Shown: positions 28,492 through 39,060, counted from the stretch's first letter. The stretch is DNA of 64,000 nt from Candidatus Latescibacterota bacterium (GCA_965237675.1 OZ250150.1:5344001-5408000), one strand, 5' to 3'. The notes: generated by a model not told the origin, from the sequence alone. Numbers and translations are program-made.

Positions 28492-28688
28492 GTTTAAACT
28501 GATAAATTGCCGTAAAAACATTTATTTATAAACATTATTCCGTGTCAGATACCAACTCGCGATGTGCAATCGAAGCGTGCGCCCCGGGAGCGATCGTACG
28601 GCTGAACGCGGGTCGCGGACGAATCGTCGCAACACGCCCCGGAGGGCGGTTCCGAGGCGTCGCTCAGGTTGGTGGTCGAGCCCCCGTT

Positions 28689-30761
28689 TTAAACCCGCCT
28701 GCCCTGTCTTTCCGAACGCATCACCAGGATTTCCGCAAACATCAACATCAGGGCCAGCCCCAGGGTAACCCGCCACAGTTCCCGTCCTCCACGCGATTCC
28801 CGGACAGCGCCGGCGAGGGAGGCCTGCGGTTCCACAATCCTCAGACGGGCCCCCGCGAACATCCCTGCCAGCCGGTCCTCCGACACAGGCGTTGGATCCC
28901 CTTCTTCGGCATCGATACGAACGGCGAATCGGTCCACCAGGCGGTCCCGCGCGTATATCTCCCAGAATCCAGGGACATCCACCTCGCCGACTGGCCACAC
29001 CGAGTGGACGCCGCGCTGTTCGGGCCAGATGGTTCGCGCCTCCCCACCGGGGGGTTTCAGCAAGGCCTCGCGGGCTTGAACTTCAGAACGGTTGCGATAC
29101 ACCTTTTCGCCCACCGAATAATCGGCCTGGCCGGGCGAGCCTGCCGCCAGATAGCGCGTCAGTCGATGTATGAACGGAACGAAGAGCCCCGTCAGCGGCA
29201 GGTCGGTCCAACTCAGATCGGTCTTCAAGCTGGCGGAAAGCAACGCGACACGACCGGCACCGACAGTGGTCTCGGCCAGGGCGGGGTCGCCGTTGCGGAA
29301 AAGGAGAACAGGCTGCGTTGTTTCGCCCAGCCGAATCCGGTAGTACGCGTAAAACCGGGGGCTTTGCAGCCCTTCCGAAGATGCGATGTCCCGGAAAACC
29401 GCATGATCGGGCAGCGGCTCACGCAGCCTGCGATATGTCTGATCCTGCCCGGGAGAGCCTTCAATACCCACGAGTGAAGCCGGAAACAGGCCCGGAAATA
29501 CAGCGGCATTGTAAAACCGGAAATCCACCCGATCACCCAAAATGATCATCAGGCCCATTCCGCCCTGCACCCGATATTTCAGGGCCTTCAAGGCGCCGGC
29601 GGGCAATCGCGACACGTTACACAGCACGGCCGCGTCTGTCTGTTGCAGAAGATCCGCGTTCAATTCATCAGGCCGAACCGACCGAACCGATATCGCCTGC
29701 CCCGACCCCGCGGCGAGGGCCCTTGAGGTGTAATAAGTCTCGTCTTCGGACTCGGCCACCAGCAGCACCCGGACGCGCTCCGGGATATTCAGAACCGATA
29801 TGTAAATGTTGTCCGCCGCCAGGTCGTCGTCGCCAAGCTCAACGCGCAATGGAACCTGTCCACCTCTCTCCGGAACGAACCGGAAGTGGAGACGGCGGGA
29901 GGCACCCGGCTCCGGACGTACCACCTGCTGACCGATCCGGCGTCCGTCAAGAAAAACCTGTACCGGGGCCCGCAGCCGGTCCGGGCCGCCGTAATCCGCC
30001 AACGACACCCTGAGCGTCGAAGCGCTCCCCGCGGCGAGAATCCCCTCGACAGGGGCCGCGCGGCGGATACCCATATTGTCCGGTTCCGGCGTCCGCACCG
30101 GAACGAGAAACACGGTCATTTCCCGTCCTTTAAAGAGCGTATCCGGTACGTCCAACCAACCGTTTCGAACAAAATCCGCAATGACGTAGAGCTCTTTGTT
30201 CGTAATCTCAGTTTGAGAGGCATGGGTCAGGGCAGCCTCCAGCGCGAGACGGAAATCCGTTCCCCTGTGTGTTGGCCGCATGACCTCGAGCCGGGCCGCC
30301 AGACGATCGGGACGCCCTTGCGCGACCTCCTCCACCCGGTCATCCACCTGAAACAGGCGAACATCGTCCTGGGCATCGAACAGATGCAGAACCTCTCTCA
30401 CCCGGCTTCGAGCGCGGTCAAACAGCGTTCCTTCAGGCACCCTGTAACTCATGCTCAGAGATCGGTCCAGGAGAAGCGACGCCGACGTCCGCACGGCACC
30501 CTGGCCCTCCACCCCTTTCAACGTCGGACGGGCAAAGGCAAGCACCAGGAACAATATTACCAGTGTGCGCAGAATCAACGCCAGGACCTGCTTCAACCTG
30601 ACCCGCCGCATTCGATCCTGTTGAAGCGTGTGCAAAAGGGCCACGTTGCTGAATGCTACGGTCACCGCCCGCCTTCGGTTCAGCAGGTGGATCGCCACCG
30701 GCAACAAAGCGGCCCACAGTCCGTGCAGCATCGCCGGTGATGAAAAGGAGAGACCAAACAT
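28689..30761 (-). CDS. BatA N-terminal / VWA domain membrane protein
   Basis: P..IHLLNRRR...V.FS, LAFARP, LDRSLSM MIDAS, C-terminal 'RELWR' plus TM helix. Confidence 0.88.
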   Translation of the reverse strand: MFGLSFSSPAMLHGLWAALLPVAIHLLNRRRAVTVAFSNVALLHTLQQDRMRRVRLKQVLALILRTLVILFLVLAFARPTLKGVEGQGAVRTSASLLLDRSLSMSYRVPEGTLFDRARSRVREVLHLFDAQDDVRLFQVDDRVEEVAQGRPDRLAARLEVMRPTHRGTDFRLALEAALTHASQTEITNKELYVIADFVRNGWLDVPDTLFKGREMTVFLVPVRTPEPDNMGIRRAAPVEGILAAGSASTLRVSLADYGGPDRLRAPVQVFLDGRRIGQQVVRPEPGASRRLHFRFVPERGGQVPLRVELGDDDLAADNIYISVLNIPERVRVLLVAESEDETYYTSRALAAGSGQAISVRSVRPDELNADLLQQTDAAVLCNVSRLPAGALKALKYRVQGGMGLMIILGDRVDFRFYNAAVFPGLFPASLVGIEGSPGQDQTYRRLREPLPDHAVFRDIASSEGLQSPRFYAYYRIRLGETTQPVLLFRNGDPALAETTVGAGRVALLSASLKTDLSWTDLPLTGLFVPFIHRLTRYLAAGSPGQADYSVGEKVYRNRSEVQAREALLKPPGGEARTIWPEQRGVHSVWPVGEVDVPGFWEIYARDRLVDRFAVRIDAEEGDPTPVSEDRLAGMFAGARLRIVEPQASLAGAVRESRGGRELWRVTLGLALMLMFAEILVMRSERQGRRV

Positions 30762-30909
30762 GCCGTTTCAACCTTGAGTCGCAACTTCATGCGTTCGAGT
30801 GACCACATCTGAGGTGGCGGGGATGGAACCAGGTGCGCCGATTTCGACCCTTCCGACCGCGACCTCCACGGGAACCCGCCCGCCGGCGCCGGAGGTCCGC
30901 TCCAACTAC

Positions 30910-30941
30910 AAAAAAAAACCTGCTTCTTAATCGATTGCAGG
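30910..30941 (-). terminator. Rho-independent terminator after ptsN
   Basis: CCTGC-N13-GCAGG followed by T9. Confidence 0.55.
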
Positions 30942-30972
30942 CCGTAGCATCTCCGGGCGGGGTCTTTTCAAA

Positions 30973-31434
30973 TCAGTAGTGAAGTTTCTCTTCTTCTTCA
31001 ATACAGGCAATCAGGGACTCGCGATCTTCCGACTCAATGAGGTGACGGCGAAACGCCTCTCCCTTGAGCAGGCGAGAGATGCGCGCCAACGCCTTGATAT
31101 GCGGCCCGGAAACATCCATGGGTGAAACCAGCAGGAAGAAGATGAACGTCGGCTGGTCGTCCAGCGCGTCGAAATCCACGCCTTCCCGTTTAATGCCCAG
31201 AACGCCGCCCAATTCGCTCACGAATTCGGATTTTCCGTGCGGAATGGCGATACCGTGACCGATGCCGGTACTCATAATTTCCTCGCGCAGAAGCACGGCA
31301 TCCAGGACCTTCCCCCGATCGGTAATCTTGCCATTGTCTACAGCATCGACCAATTCCTCGAGTATTTCCCGTTTGTTCCGGCCCCTCAAACCGACAATGA
31401 CCGATCGACCGGAAAGAATCTCCATCAGCGTCAT
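30973..31434 (-). CDS. ptsN: PTS IIA (nitrogen-regulatory/fructose-type) component
   Basis: RE..MSTGIGHGIAIPHGK, GVDFDALD..P, H...LARISRLL. Confidence 0.88.
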   Translation of the reverse strand: MTLMEILSGRSVIVGLRGRNKREILEELVDAVDNGKITDRGKVLDAVLLREEIMSTGIGHGIAIPHGKSEFVSELGGVLGIKREGVDFDALDDQPTFIFFLLVSPMDVSGPHIKALARISRLLKGEAFRRHLIESEDRESLIACIEEEEKLHY

Positions 31435-31509
31435 GAAAACATCTCCCGCGAACACCCCGAAACCACCGTCGAGATCCGGTGCCTGCAAAGCCCGGCCCGG
31501 CGAAGCGCA

Positions 31510-31538
31510 AAAATAACCCATCCCTTGTTCTTAGTCAA
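31510..31538 (-). promoter_or_regulatory. sigma70-type promoter of ptsN
   Basis: TTGACT-N17-TATTTT (same hexamers as upstream of topA). Confidence 0.55.
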
Positions 31539-31646
31539 GGGAAAAGGCATAAAAAAACAGGGGGATACGCCAATGTCGGACCCCGGAATTCAAACGTGAG
31601 GAGTCGGCGACTCCGTTGGGTGGCGCCACACGGCCATGCGTGACAG

Positions 31647-33440
31647 CTATCCCTCCGCCCGGCCTCGAATCAGGAGTTCCCGTTCATAGCTGCGCAGCAG
31701 GTCCGATCGGGTGATTATCCCTTCCAGTTCGTCGCTCGAACGGGAACAAAATACAGGAAGGGTGTCCGCATCGGTTTTTGAAAACTGAACCAGCGCATCG
31801 GCCAGTGAACTGGAGGGTTCGAGGGTGGGCGGCGGATCTCCCATCACGTCCTCGGCGATAAGCAGTGCATGCATATCGTTCTGTAACATCACTTCCCGTA
31901 TGTCATGGAACCAGATCATGCCCTTGAACCGGCCCCTGTTGTCCATAAGCGGGAAATCGTGCAAATTGCTGCGGCCGATCAGGTCGACAATCTCACGCAA
32001 AGGGGTGTGTTCCCCGATGAAGTCGAAGTCCGTGCGAACGATCCGCGAAACCGGGAGTTTTTCCAACACCGACAGATCCCGCCCCTGGTGTATATTCAAC
32101 CCCCGGCGCCTGAGCTTGAGAGAATAGATGGACTCGCTCTCGATGACGCGCGCCATGACCACCGCCAGAACCGTGGTAAACAACAACGGCAGGATCAGGC
32201 GGTAGTTCCCCGTCATTTCCACAATAATCAGCGAGGATGTCAGAGGGGCGTGTGTTGTCGCGGCGACGAAGGCGCTCATTCCAACCACCGCGTATGCGCC
32301 CGGAGGGCTGATGACGCCGGGCAACCAGGTCTCCGCAAGCCGGCCGAAGGCGCCGCCGAGCGTGGCGCCCATAAACAGCGATGGTGCAAACAGGCCGCCC
32401 GATGCGCCCGAGCCCACCGTCAACGATGTGCTCAGCAACTTCAACCCCAGCAACAAACCCAGCATGGGCAGCAGAATCTGTCCGTGAAGTGCGGCGCCGA
32501 CGATCTCGTAACCCACACCAAGGGCGTGTGGACACCCCAGGCCGATGAGCCCGACCAACGCGCCGCCGAGGGCCGGCTTTAACCACGCGGGCATCCCGAA
32601 CGCGTGCCGGTTGAAGAGATCTTCCGAAGCGTACAGAAGCCAAATGAAAAAGGCGCCCACGACTCCCGAGAGAACAGCAAGGATAACATACCATCCCAAC
32701 TCGTGGAGATTGACGAACTGATAGTCCGGCACCTCGAATACCTGGCGTTCTCCCATATAGGCCTTCGCGACGACGGCCGACATTACCGAAGCAATCACCA
32801 CGGGCGTGAAGGCGCCAATCGTAAAATCCCCGAGGATGATTTCAAGCGAAAATAGCACGCCCGCGATCGGGGCGTTGAAAATAGCCGAAATTCCGGCCGA
32901 AACGCCACAGGCAATCAGCGTTTTCAGGTTTGCTTCCGAAAACCTGAACAGCCGCCCGACACTGGATCCCCAGGCAGCACCGATCTGGATAATCGGGCCC
33001 TCGCTCCCGGCCGACCCGCCGGATCCGAGGGTGAATGCGGACGCAAACGCCTTGGCTACCATCACCCGCGCACGAATCACCCCACGCCGGGTGATGATTG
33101 CGTTCATCACCTCCGAAACGCCAGGGCCTCGCGCCTCCGCCGCATAGAAACAGGCGATCAGCCCGGCGGCCAATCCGCCGATGGCGGGAATGAGCGGGAA
33201 CAGGAAGGGTTCGCCCAGAAATGCACGTGCGTCTACAAGCAGCAGCCTGTGCGTCACATCCAACAACCACTGAAACAGCACGGACCCAGCCCCGCAACCG
33301 ACCCCGACGAGAATGGCCAGACTGATCAGGAAGCTCTGCTCACTGAGGTTGAACCGGAGGAAGAACCGAACGATCCGGTTTCGGAAGCGGGTTACCGCGT
33401 TGGAGGAAGGAGAAATGGCTGGCGCGGGATCAACATCCAC
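31647..33440 (-). CDS. ClC-family anion channel/transporter with two CBS domains
   Basis: GPGVSE, GGSAGSEGP, FNAPIAG, GGLFAP, EMTGNY, ESIY; C-terminal CBS pair. Confidence 0.95.
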   Translation of the reverse strand: MDVDPAPAISPSSNAVTRFRNRIVRFFLRFNLSEQSFLISLAILVGVGCGAGSVLFQWLLDVTHRLLLVDARAFLGEPFLFPLIPAIGGLAAGLIACFYAAEARGPGVSEVMNAIITRRGVIRARVMVAKAFASAFTLGSGGSAGSEGPIIQIGAAWGSSVGRLFRFSEANLKTLIACGVSAGISAIFNAPIAGVLFSLEIILGDFTIGAFTPVVIASVMSAVVAKAYMGERQVFEVPDYQFVNLHELGWYVILAVLSGVVGAFFIWLLYASEDLFNRHAFGMPAWLKPALGGALVGLIGLGCPHALGVGYEIVGAALHGQILLPMLGLLLGLKLLSTSLTVGSGASGGLFAPSLFMGATLGGAFGRLAETWLPGVISPPGAYAVVGMSAFVAATTHAPLTSSLIIVEMTGNYRLILPLLFTTVLAVVMARVIESESIYSLKLRRRGLNIHQGRDLSVLEKLPVSRIVRTDFDFIGEHTPLREIVDLIGRSNLHDFPLMDNRGRFKGMIWFHDIREVMLQNDMHALLIAEDVMGDPPPTLEPSSSLADALVQFSKTDADTLPVFCSRSSDELEGIITRSDLLRSYERELLIRGRAEG

Positions 33441-33499
33441 CGTTAAATCCCTTTTTTGCAGGAGCAGGTCGTCGTGAGTGACGCTGATTTCGAAAAGTG

Positions 33500-33528
33500 A
33501 GTATACCCTTCACCACCGGTACTGTCAA
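33500..33528 (-). promoter_or_regulatory. Near-consensus sigma70 promoter of the ClC gene
   Basis: TTGACA-N17-TATACT. Confidence 0.75.
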
Positions 33529-33682
33529 GCGGAATGCGGATGTTGTAACGCACGCAAAAACATGAAACATTTTGGCGGAATCGGCGTAAAATGGGGGAGA
33601 ATCTACGTCAACATACGGCAGATTACCGGATCGGCCGATGCGCCCCTCCCGTTCCGGCTTATTCGAAACCGAAAGGAATTCC

Positions 33683-36091
33683 ATGCGCCCCGATAGACCC
33701 GTACCGGTGTTTATCACCAAGCTGTGCGTCATTTTTCTCTTGTCGCCATCCTCCGTTTTTTCGCTTTCGCCCACCCATGCGGACTCCCTCTACGCCTATG
33801 GCCAAACCACCGAACGGATGGACGCCGTGCGTGAAATCGTCGCCGAACTCAACGCCGCCGTCGCCGAAGCCATCCATCCGGCAGGTATGCTGATCCGTAT
33901 CGGCAACCTGTACGTGCGGCTGCAGGAGGCGGACAGCGCTCAGGTCGCCTTCCAGGCCGCCGTTGACCAGGATACCACGCTGGCAGGAGCCTATCTCGGG
34001 CTCGGCGAGGTCTTGCTCGAATTCCGAAACAGACCCCGATCCGCCCTTGTTCCTCTGCAAAGGGCCGTCGACCTGGATTCCACTTATGCCGAAGCGCACT
34101 TCATGATGGCCCGCGCGTACCTGCGTTCCAGAAAAACCACGGCCGCCAGGCGAGCGGCGGACAAAAGCATTCAGGAGGACCCGAAATACGGCCCGCCATA
34201 CCTATTTCTGGCAAAACTCTACCAACGGGAAAACAACAATCGGGCCGCCCACACGTTCTACAAAAAATATCTTGAACAACGCCCGGACGATCAGACCGCA
34301 GCCTACGAATTCGCCGTTGAACTGCTCAGCCAGAAAGAACTCGACCGGGCCCGGGAAATCGCAGAGCGGCTCGGGGGTTCGCGTGGCATGCCCATCGTCG
34401 CCCAGGCGCTCATGGCCGACCGGGACTATGAGGGTGCGCTGGCGGCCTTTTCGCAGTATATCGACAGCCTCGCCCCTGAGGAACATGCCCTCTTCGAAGA
34501 CATTTCGCTGGTCGGCCGTTCTCACGAAGTGAACGCCTATCGTTCGACGACCCCGAAAACCAGGGAGATATTCCTGCGAAACTTCTGGCTTAGGAAAGAC
34601 CCCTTCAAATCGTCCGCCGGTGCGATGCGGCGGGCCGAGCACTACCGTCGGGTCTGGCATGCCCGCACATTTTTTGGGAAGAAAAAGTTCCCGTATGACC
34701 GGCGGGGCGAGATTTATATTCGCTACGGTGAACCGGATTTCCGTTCCAGTTGGCGCGAACTCAACGCCCAGATGCCGCTCAGAGTCCAGCGCGTTCAGGA
34801 ACGCATGGCCCATCAGCTATATGGGAACAAAGCCCTGGCCCTGACGTTTGTGGGTCCCGTCTACCCCATTCGCTCCGCACAGACCGCCGAAAACACCTGG
34901 CGCAACTCGGAGGTCCGTGCAAGTTCACAACCGATTCAGACAATAGACGAAACCGCGGTCGGCCTGGAACGATACAAACCCATAACGACCAGCGGCGACT
35001 GGTCCGCGGTTCCGTGGGCCGTCTGGATCTACGCCGATATCGACGGAGGCATTGAAATCGCCTTCACGGACGAGTTCAACACGGGTAACTTCGATTACGC
35101 ACCGGAACCCGTCCTCGGCCCAAATGATATCAATGAATTGAACATGCAAAGCAGGGGCGGCCCATTCCGCAACATGATCAACCGCCTCAACACCCTCTCT
35201 CCCGCAGCGCGGATGGCGAGAGTTGCCAGCAAGGAACCGGAACGATTCGCTTTTGAAACGCTGGAGCCCCTGGACTACTATTACGAGGCCCTTGCCTTTC
35301 GAGGGCAGGACGGCAAAACCGAACTGCAACTCAACATAGGACTGCCCATTGACAATGTAGCCCGGTCCGAAGACATCGACACGATCATCGTTGTCAATCG
35401 CCGCGTCGCGCTGGTCGACAGCCGCAGCGGCCAACTTCACAAACGCCGAGACGACCTCGCCGTGCCGGTTACGGACGCCAACCTGGGCCGGAGCCTGCTG
35501 GCGCTCGACCGCGTTGACATGGCCGCCGCACCAGGCGTGTACCAGCTTGCAGTGGAGGTCTGGCGGAAAAATACGGACATGCTCCAGGTTTACCAGCAGA
35601 CCCTGGAACTGCCCGACTATGGCGGTGGCGACCTTATGATGAGCGACATCCAGATCGCCCAGAACGTGGAGGAAGCCAAAGAAGGATCCAGCTCGAAATT
35701 CGTGCGTCAAGGTTGGGACATCCTTCCGGCGCCGTCCCGCACCTTCTACGTTGGCAACTCCGTCTTCGTCTACTTCGAAGTCTACAACCTCGAAGAAGAC
35801 GCCTTCGGAAACACCCGTTACGAAGTGACGTTCGAGGTCATCTCCAAGTCCACGAGCGACAAATCCCCCAGAACCTTCCTGCCCAGAATCCGGAAAGACG
35901 GCGAAGCCATTGAGGTACAATACGAGCAGGCAGGCACCGAAAACTGGATCTCGGACTTCGTGGAACTGGATCTGGGGCAGGCGAACCCGGGTCGCTATTC
36001 CCTCCACATGACGGTCAAAGACCTGAATGCCGACCAGATCATAAAACAGGACAGCATTTTCCGGATTGCATCGCCCCCACGAAGGCAATAG
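33683..36091 (+). CDS. TPR + GWxTD domain-containing secreted protein
   Basis: Signal peptide, TPRs, FW...DP...EHYRRV..A...F...FPYDRRGEIYIRYGEP, C-terminal 'VYFEVYNL' beta domain; AAAGGA RBS. Confidence 0.85.
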   Translation: MRPDRPVPVFITKLCVIFLLSPSSVFSLSPTHADSLYAYGQTTERMDAVREIVAELNAAVAEAIHPAGMLIRIGNLYVRLQEADSAQVAFQAAVDQDTTLAGAYLGLGEVLLEFRNRPRSALVPLQRAVDLDSTYAEAHFMMARAYLRSRKTTAARRAADKSIQEDPKYGPPYLFLAKLYQRENNNRAAHTFYKKYLEQRPDDQTAAYEFAVELLSQKELDRAREIAERLGGSRGMPIVAQALMADRDYEGALAAFSQYIDSLAPEEHALFEDISLVGRSHEVNAYRSTTPKTREIFLRNFWLRKDPFKSSAGAMRRAEHYRRVWHARTFFGKKKFPYDRRGEIYIRYGEPDFRSSWRELNAQMPLRVQRVQERMAHQLYGNKALALTFVGPVYPIRSAQTAENTWRNSEVRASSQPIQTIDETAVGLERYKPITTSGDWSAVPWAVWIYADIDGGIEIAFTDEFNTGNFDYAPEPVLGPNDINELNMQSRGGPFRNMINRLNTLSPAARMARVASKEPERFAFETLEPLDYYYEALAFRGQDGKTELQLNIGLPIDNVARSEDIDTIIVVNRRVALVDSRSGQLHKRRDDLAVPVTDANLGRSLLALDRVDMAAAPGVYQLAVEVWRKNTDMLQVYQQTLELPDYGGGDLMMSDIQIAQNVEEAKEGSSSKFVRQGWDILPAPSRTFYVGNSVFVYFEVYNLEEDAFGNTRYEVTFEVISKSTSDKSPRTFLPRIRKDGEAIEVQYEQAGTENWISDFVELDLGQANPGRYSLHMTVKDLNADQIIKQDSIFRIASPPRRQ

Positions 36092-36233
36092 AGAGGTACT
36101 GCGCGGGAAGAAGCACCCGGAAACAGCCTGATCCCATAGCCGTTTTTGCGTTTCCCACCTCACGTTCCCGGTCGATCTGAGTGAAGACCGTGTCCTTCGG
36201 CCGACCGCACGTATCTGCGTTCAAACCGATCGA

Positions 36234-36782
36234 TTATCCCAGACCCATCACCAGGGTGCCGGCCAGACGATCGTGCAGCGCCTGCCGGTCCGGGTGACGG
36301 CGCGTGATCCAGACGAGTGCAAAACCCAGCAGCCAGCCCGAATAAAAGACGATCGACCAGACCCGCAGGCTTCCCGCATCGACATTCTCCGGCGGCGTCA
36401 GGACGCGTTCGGCGCCCAAAGCCACCTGATGAGGTTCCGCAAACGGATTCAGGAAAGACAGGACAATTAGAATCACGAAAATAGGCGTCCACTTCACGGA
36501 TGAACGGACAAAGGCCCGGGCCCGCCCCATTCCGCCGCCGTCCACGGAAATTACCCTCAGGCTCATCATAATCTTACCCGGCGTCTGTCCCCTGCGCGCA
36601 AGAAAAACGGTACAATAAATCAGCGTTATCCCGTACTCCAGAACCAGCGCCGAAATCGGCGAGGGCGTGACCTCTCTCAGCGCGCGCGAAAGCGGCAGAT
36701 CCAGAAGCTTCAGCATCAGCATGTCAATCATCAACGCGAGAAACCGCTTTCCAAGCCCGGCCATCTCATCTTGCATCAGCAT
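36234..36782 (-). CDS. RDD family protein
   Basis: KRFLALMID, GQTPGK....LRV, RQALHDRLAGT.V. Confidence 0.92.
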   Translation of the reverse strand: MLMQDEMAGLGKRFLALMIDMLMLKLLDLPLSRALREVTPSPISALVLEYGITLIYCTVFLARRGQTPGKIMMSLRVISVDGGGMGRARAFVRSSVKWTPIFVILIVLSFLNPFAEPHQVALGAERVLTPPENVDAGSLRVWSIVFYSGWLLGFALVWITRRHPDRQALHDRLAGTLVMGLG

Positions 36783-36786
36783 CGCC

Positions 36787-37206
36787 TTACGCCCCTGTTT
36801 GAGACCGAGGTCCGTGAAGCTCGATCGGCAGATATTCCCTGAATCGTTGGAAATCGCCGTCTGTGGTCAAGACCGGCATCCCGTACCGGTGCGATGCCGC
36901 GCAGATCAGAAAATCCGTGCTCGACCCGTGAACACCCCGGCTTCGGCTCAGGTTGAAAAAATTGGCCGCGCATTCATAATCCGGCGCCCTGAGCGGCAGG
37001 TCCGGAAACGCTCGCAGACGACTTCGAAGCCTCTCAATTTGATCCTGAGAACGGATTCCGGAGAGGACCTCCTGGCGGACCGGGCCGATCATTTGAACCC
37101 GAAGTTCACGGACCAGTTCCCCGAACTCCTCGACGAAAGGATGTTCGGAAACGACCTTGCGTCGAAGCGATAACGACCAAACGCTCGTATCAACCAGTAC
37201 CTTCAT
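36787..37206 (-). CDS. vapC: PIN-domain VapC toxin
   Basis: VLVDTSVW, QEVLSG, TDFLI, LTTDGDF. Confidence 0.92.
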   Translation of the reverse strand: MKVLVDTSVWSLSLRRKVVSEHPFVEEFGELVRELRVQMIGPVRQEVLSGIRSQDQIERLRSRLRAFPDLPLRAPDYECAANFFNLSRSRGVHGSSTDFLICAASHRYGMPVLTTDGDFQRFREYLPIELHGPRSQTGA

Positions 37207-37403
37207 TGCCGTTTTCGCTGTATCTTGTAGTCGAAATCCGGATCGTAGTCGATCGTATTGAACAGGTCCAGTATCCGCAGTTGTCTGCGGCGCTGAACAT
37301 ACTCTTCCAGGGCCTCCGTGACAACCGCCTTTTTCGTTCTGTGCCCTCCAATCCGACGGGCCTCCTCGATCAATGCGTCGTCAAGTGCAAGATTGGTCGC
37401 CAC
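37203..37403 (-). CDS. vapB: VapB-type antitoxin (RHH)
   Basis: MATNLALDD.LIEEA..IGGH.TKK.VV..AL; ATGA overlap with vapC; AAGGAGGT RBS. Confidence 0.9.
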   Translation of the reverse strand: MATNLALDDALIEEARRIGGHRTKKAVVTEALEEYVQRRRQLRILDLFNTIDYDPDFDYKIQRKRQ

Positions 37404-37426
37404 GATACACCTCCTTTTTACACATA

Positions 37427-37455
37427 AATTTACACAATATTACGTGTGAGCACAA
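37427..37455 (-). promoter_or_regulatory. Candidate vapBC promoter/operator
   Basis: TTGTGC-N17-TAAATT with TG extension; ACAC-N8-GTGT inverted repeat and repeated TACAC boxes. Confidence 0.5.
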
Positions 37456-37600
37456 ACGGATTCCTGTTGTACGCGCCACCAGCACGAATTGCCCCGTCAG
37501 ACCGTAAAATGACCCGCGAATGGGAAGAGCAACGAAAGCCCTGCTTCCTGTTAACCTTATATTCGTGCTCTCTCACAAATCAACCAGGGAGGTGTACGCC

Positions 37601-38638
37601 GTGAGACTCGTGCAATTCCACGATCCATCCGCCCCCGACCCCGCGCGCCTTGGCCTCGTCGAAAGCGATAGGGTTCTGGACCTCACGGCGTGCGAGCCGT
37701 ACCCCGCATCGGTCTACGACCTCTACTATACCCACGGAGGAGACACCCGCGGGTTGGATCGGGTGGTCGCGGACATCGACACTGCCAAAGGACGTTGCTA
37801 CAACCTGAAGGAACTTATGAACGATACGGCATCCGCGGGCCGGCCGCACCTGATCGCTCCCGTCACGCCGCCGCCCGGACAACCCCACCGATTGCGGATC
37901 TGGCTGGCCGGTGTCACCCACGCCGACAGCGCCAGGCTGCGGGAAACCGAAGCGAAAGAGGCCACAGGCGGATCCGTCAATGTTTACGACCAGAAATACC
38001 GCGAATGCGCGCGCGGGGGCATACCCGAGCTCTTTGCGAAGACCGACGCTGCCGCCCTGGCCGGGCATCGCGGGCACATCGCCCGACCGGACAACACCCG
38101 CCGCCTCGTGCCCGAAGCCGAACTGGTCACCCTGTACGGGCTGGACACCCACGGACAGATCAGGCGTTTGGGCTATACCGGCGGCAATGACTACACCGAC
38201 AACGGCATTGAAGCCGAAAATCCACTGAATCTTCCCCAGGCCAAGAACTGGTATGGCGGCTGCGCCAGCCTGGGGCCGGTTCTGGTCACGGATTCCGAAT
38301 TCGACGACACCAGCGTCGCCGTGTCCTGCGAAGTTCTGAGAGACAACGAACGCATCGCCTGCAAGGCGGGAAGTACCGGCCAGAGCCATCTCAATATGCC
38401 TGACGGGCGCTTCCACCTGGAACGGTCTCTTTTCAGCCGCCTGCTCCTGCAAAAAAAGACCCTGCAACTGCTGTACTGGGGCACCCCGATTGTTTTCTCG
38501 GAGGCCGACCTGCCCGACGGCCTCCAGGTTAACGACACGGTCCTGATGTCCTTTGGCGGCATCGGCGACCTGCGGAATTCCATCGTGCCTTTTCCTGAAG
38601 GCCGCCAATTGGCGTGGTTGGAAGCCAACCGGCATTGA
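37601..38638 (+). CDS. Fumarylacetoacetate hydrolase family protein (XylX/KdaD-like dehydratase)
   Basis: PELFAK, VPEAEL, GYTGGND, IEAENPLNLPQAK, ASLGP; GGAGGT RBS with GTG start. Confidence 0.75.
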   Translation: MRLVQFHDPSAPDPARLGLVESDRVLDLTACEPYPASVYDLYYTHGGDTRGLDRVVADIDTAKGRCYNLKELMNDTASAGRPHLIAPVTPPPGQPHRLRIWLAGVTHADSARLRETEAKEATGGSVNVYDQKYRECARGGIPELFAKTDAAALAGHRGHIARPDNTRRLVPEAELVTLYGLDTHGQIRRLGYTGGNDYTDNGIEAENPLNLPQAKNWYGGCASLGPVLVTDSEFDDTSVAVSCEVLRDNERIACKAGSTGQSHLNMPDGRFHLERSLFSRLLLQKKTLQLLYWGTPIVFSEADLPDGLQVNDTVLMSFGGIGDLRNSIVPFPEGRQLAWLEANRH

Positions 38639-38643
38639 GGCGC

Positions 38644-39060
38644 CTACAAGACCCGATCGTGGCCCCACGGATCCTGTTTGACAATCTCGAATTCCTTGAT
38701 CGGACTTCGGCCGCGCGGCGCGTCGTGCAGCGTTGACGGATTGCAGGAAGTCCCGGCCAGCTTCAGTAGCGATTCCAGTTGGGGCTGACCCAACGTAAGT
38801 CCTTCCAGAAACATCTCTTCGCCGTTGATATCCTTTACGGTTGTGCCTTCCGGCCCCACAAACACCCGGCGCAACGCCCGCATATCCGCGCGGTGTTCCC
38901 GGAAATACGCAAGCGCCCGGACGGAAGGTCGTTTCGCCAAGCAATTCGACAGAGACGGAACCCCTTCCGAAACCCTTATGGCCGCCCAGGACGATCGCCT
39001 GCAGAACTGGCGCATGCTCCAGGAGACGGCCGGCATCATCTGAAAACACGCCGTAAACAT
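38644..39060 (-). CDS. Hypothetical protein (start uncertain)
   Basis: Fills the gap between convergent/divergent genes; protein-like composition in the C-terminal ~100 aa. Confidence 0.45.
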   Translation of the reverse strand: MFTACFQMMPAVSWSMRQFCRRSSWAAIRVSEGVPSLSNCLAKRPSVRALAYFREHRADMRALRRVFVGPEGTTVKDINGEEMFLEGLTLGQPQLESLLKLAGTSCNPSTLHDAPRGRSPIKEFEIVKQDPWGHDRVL

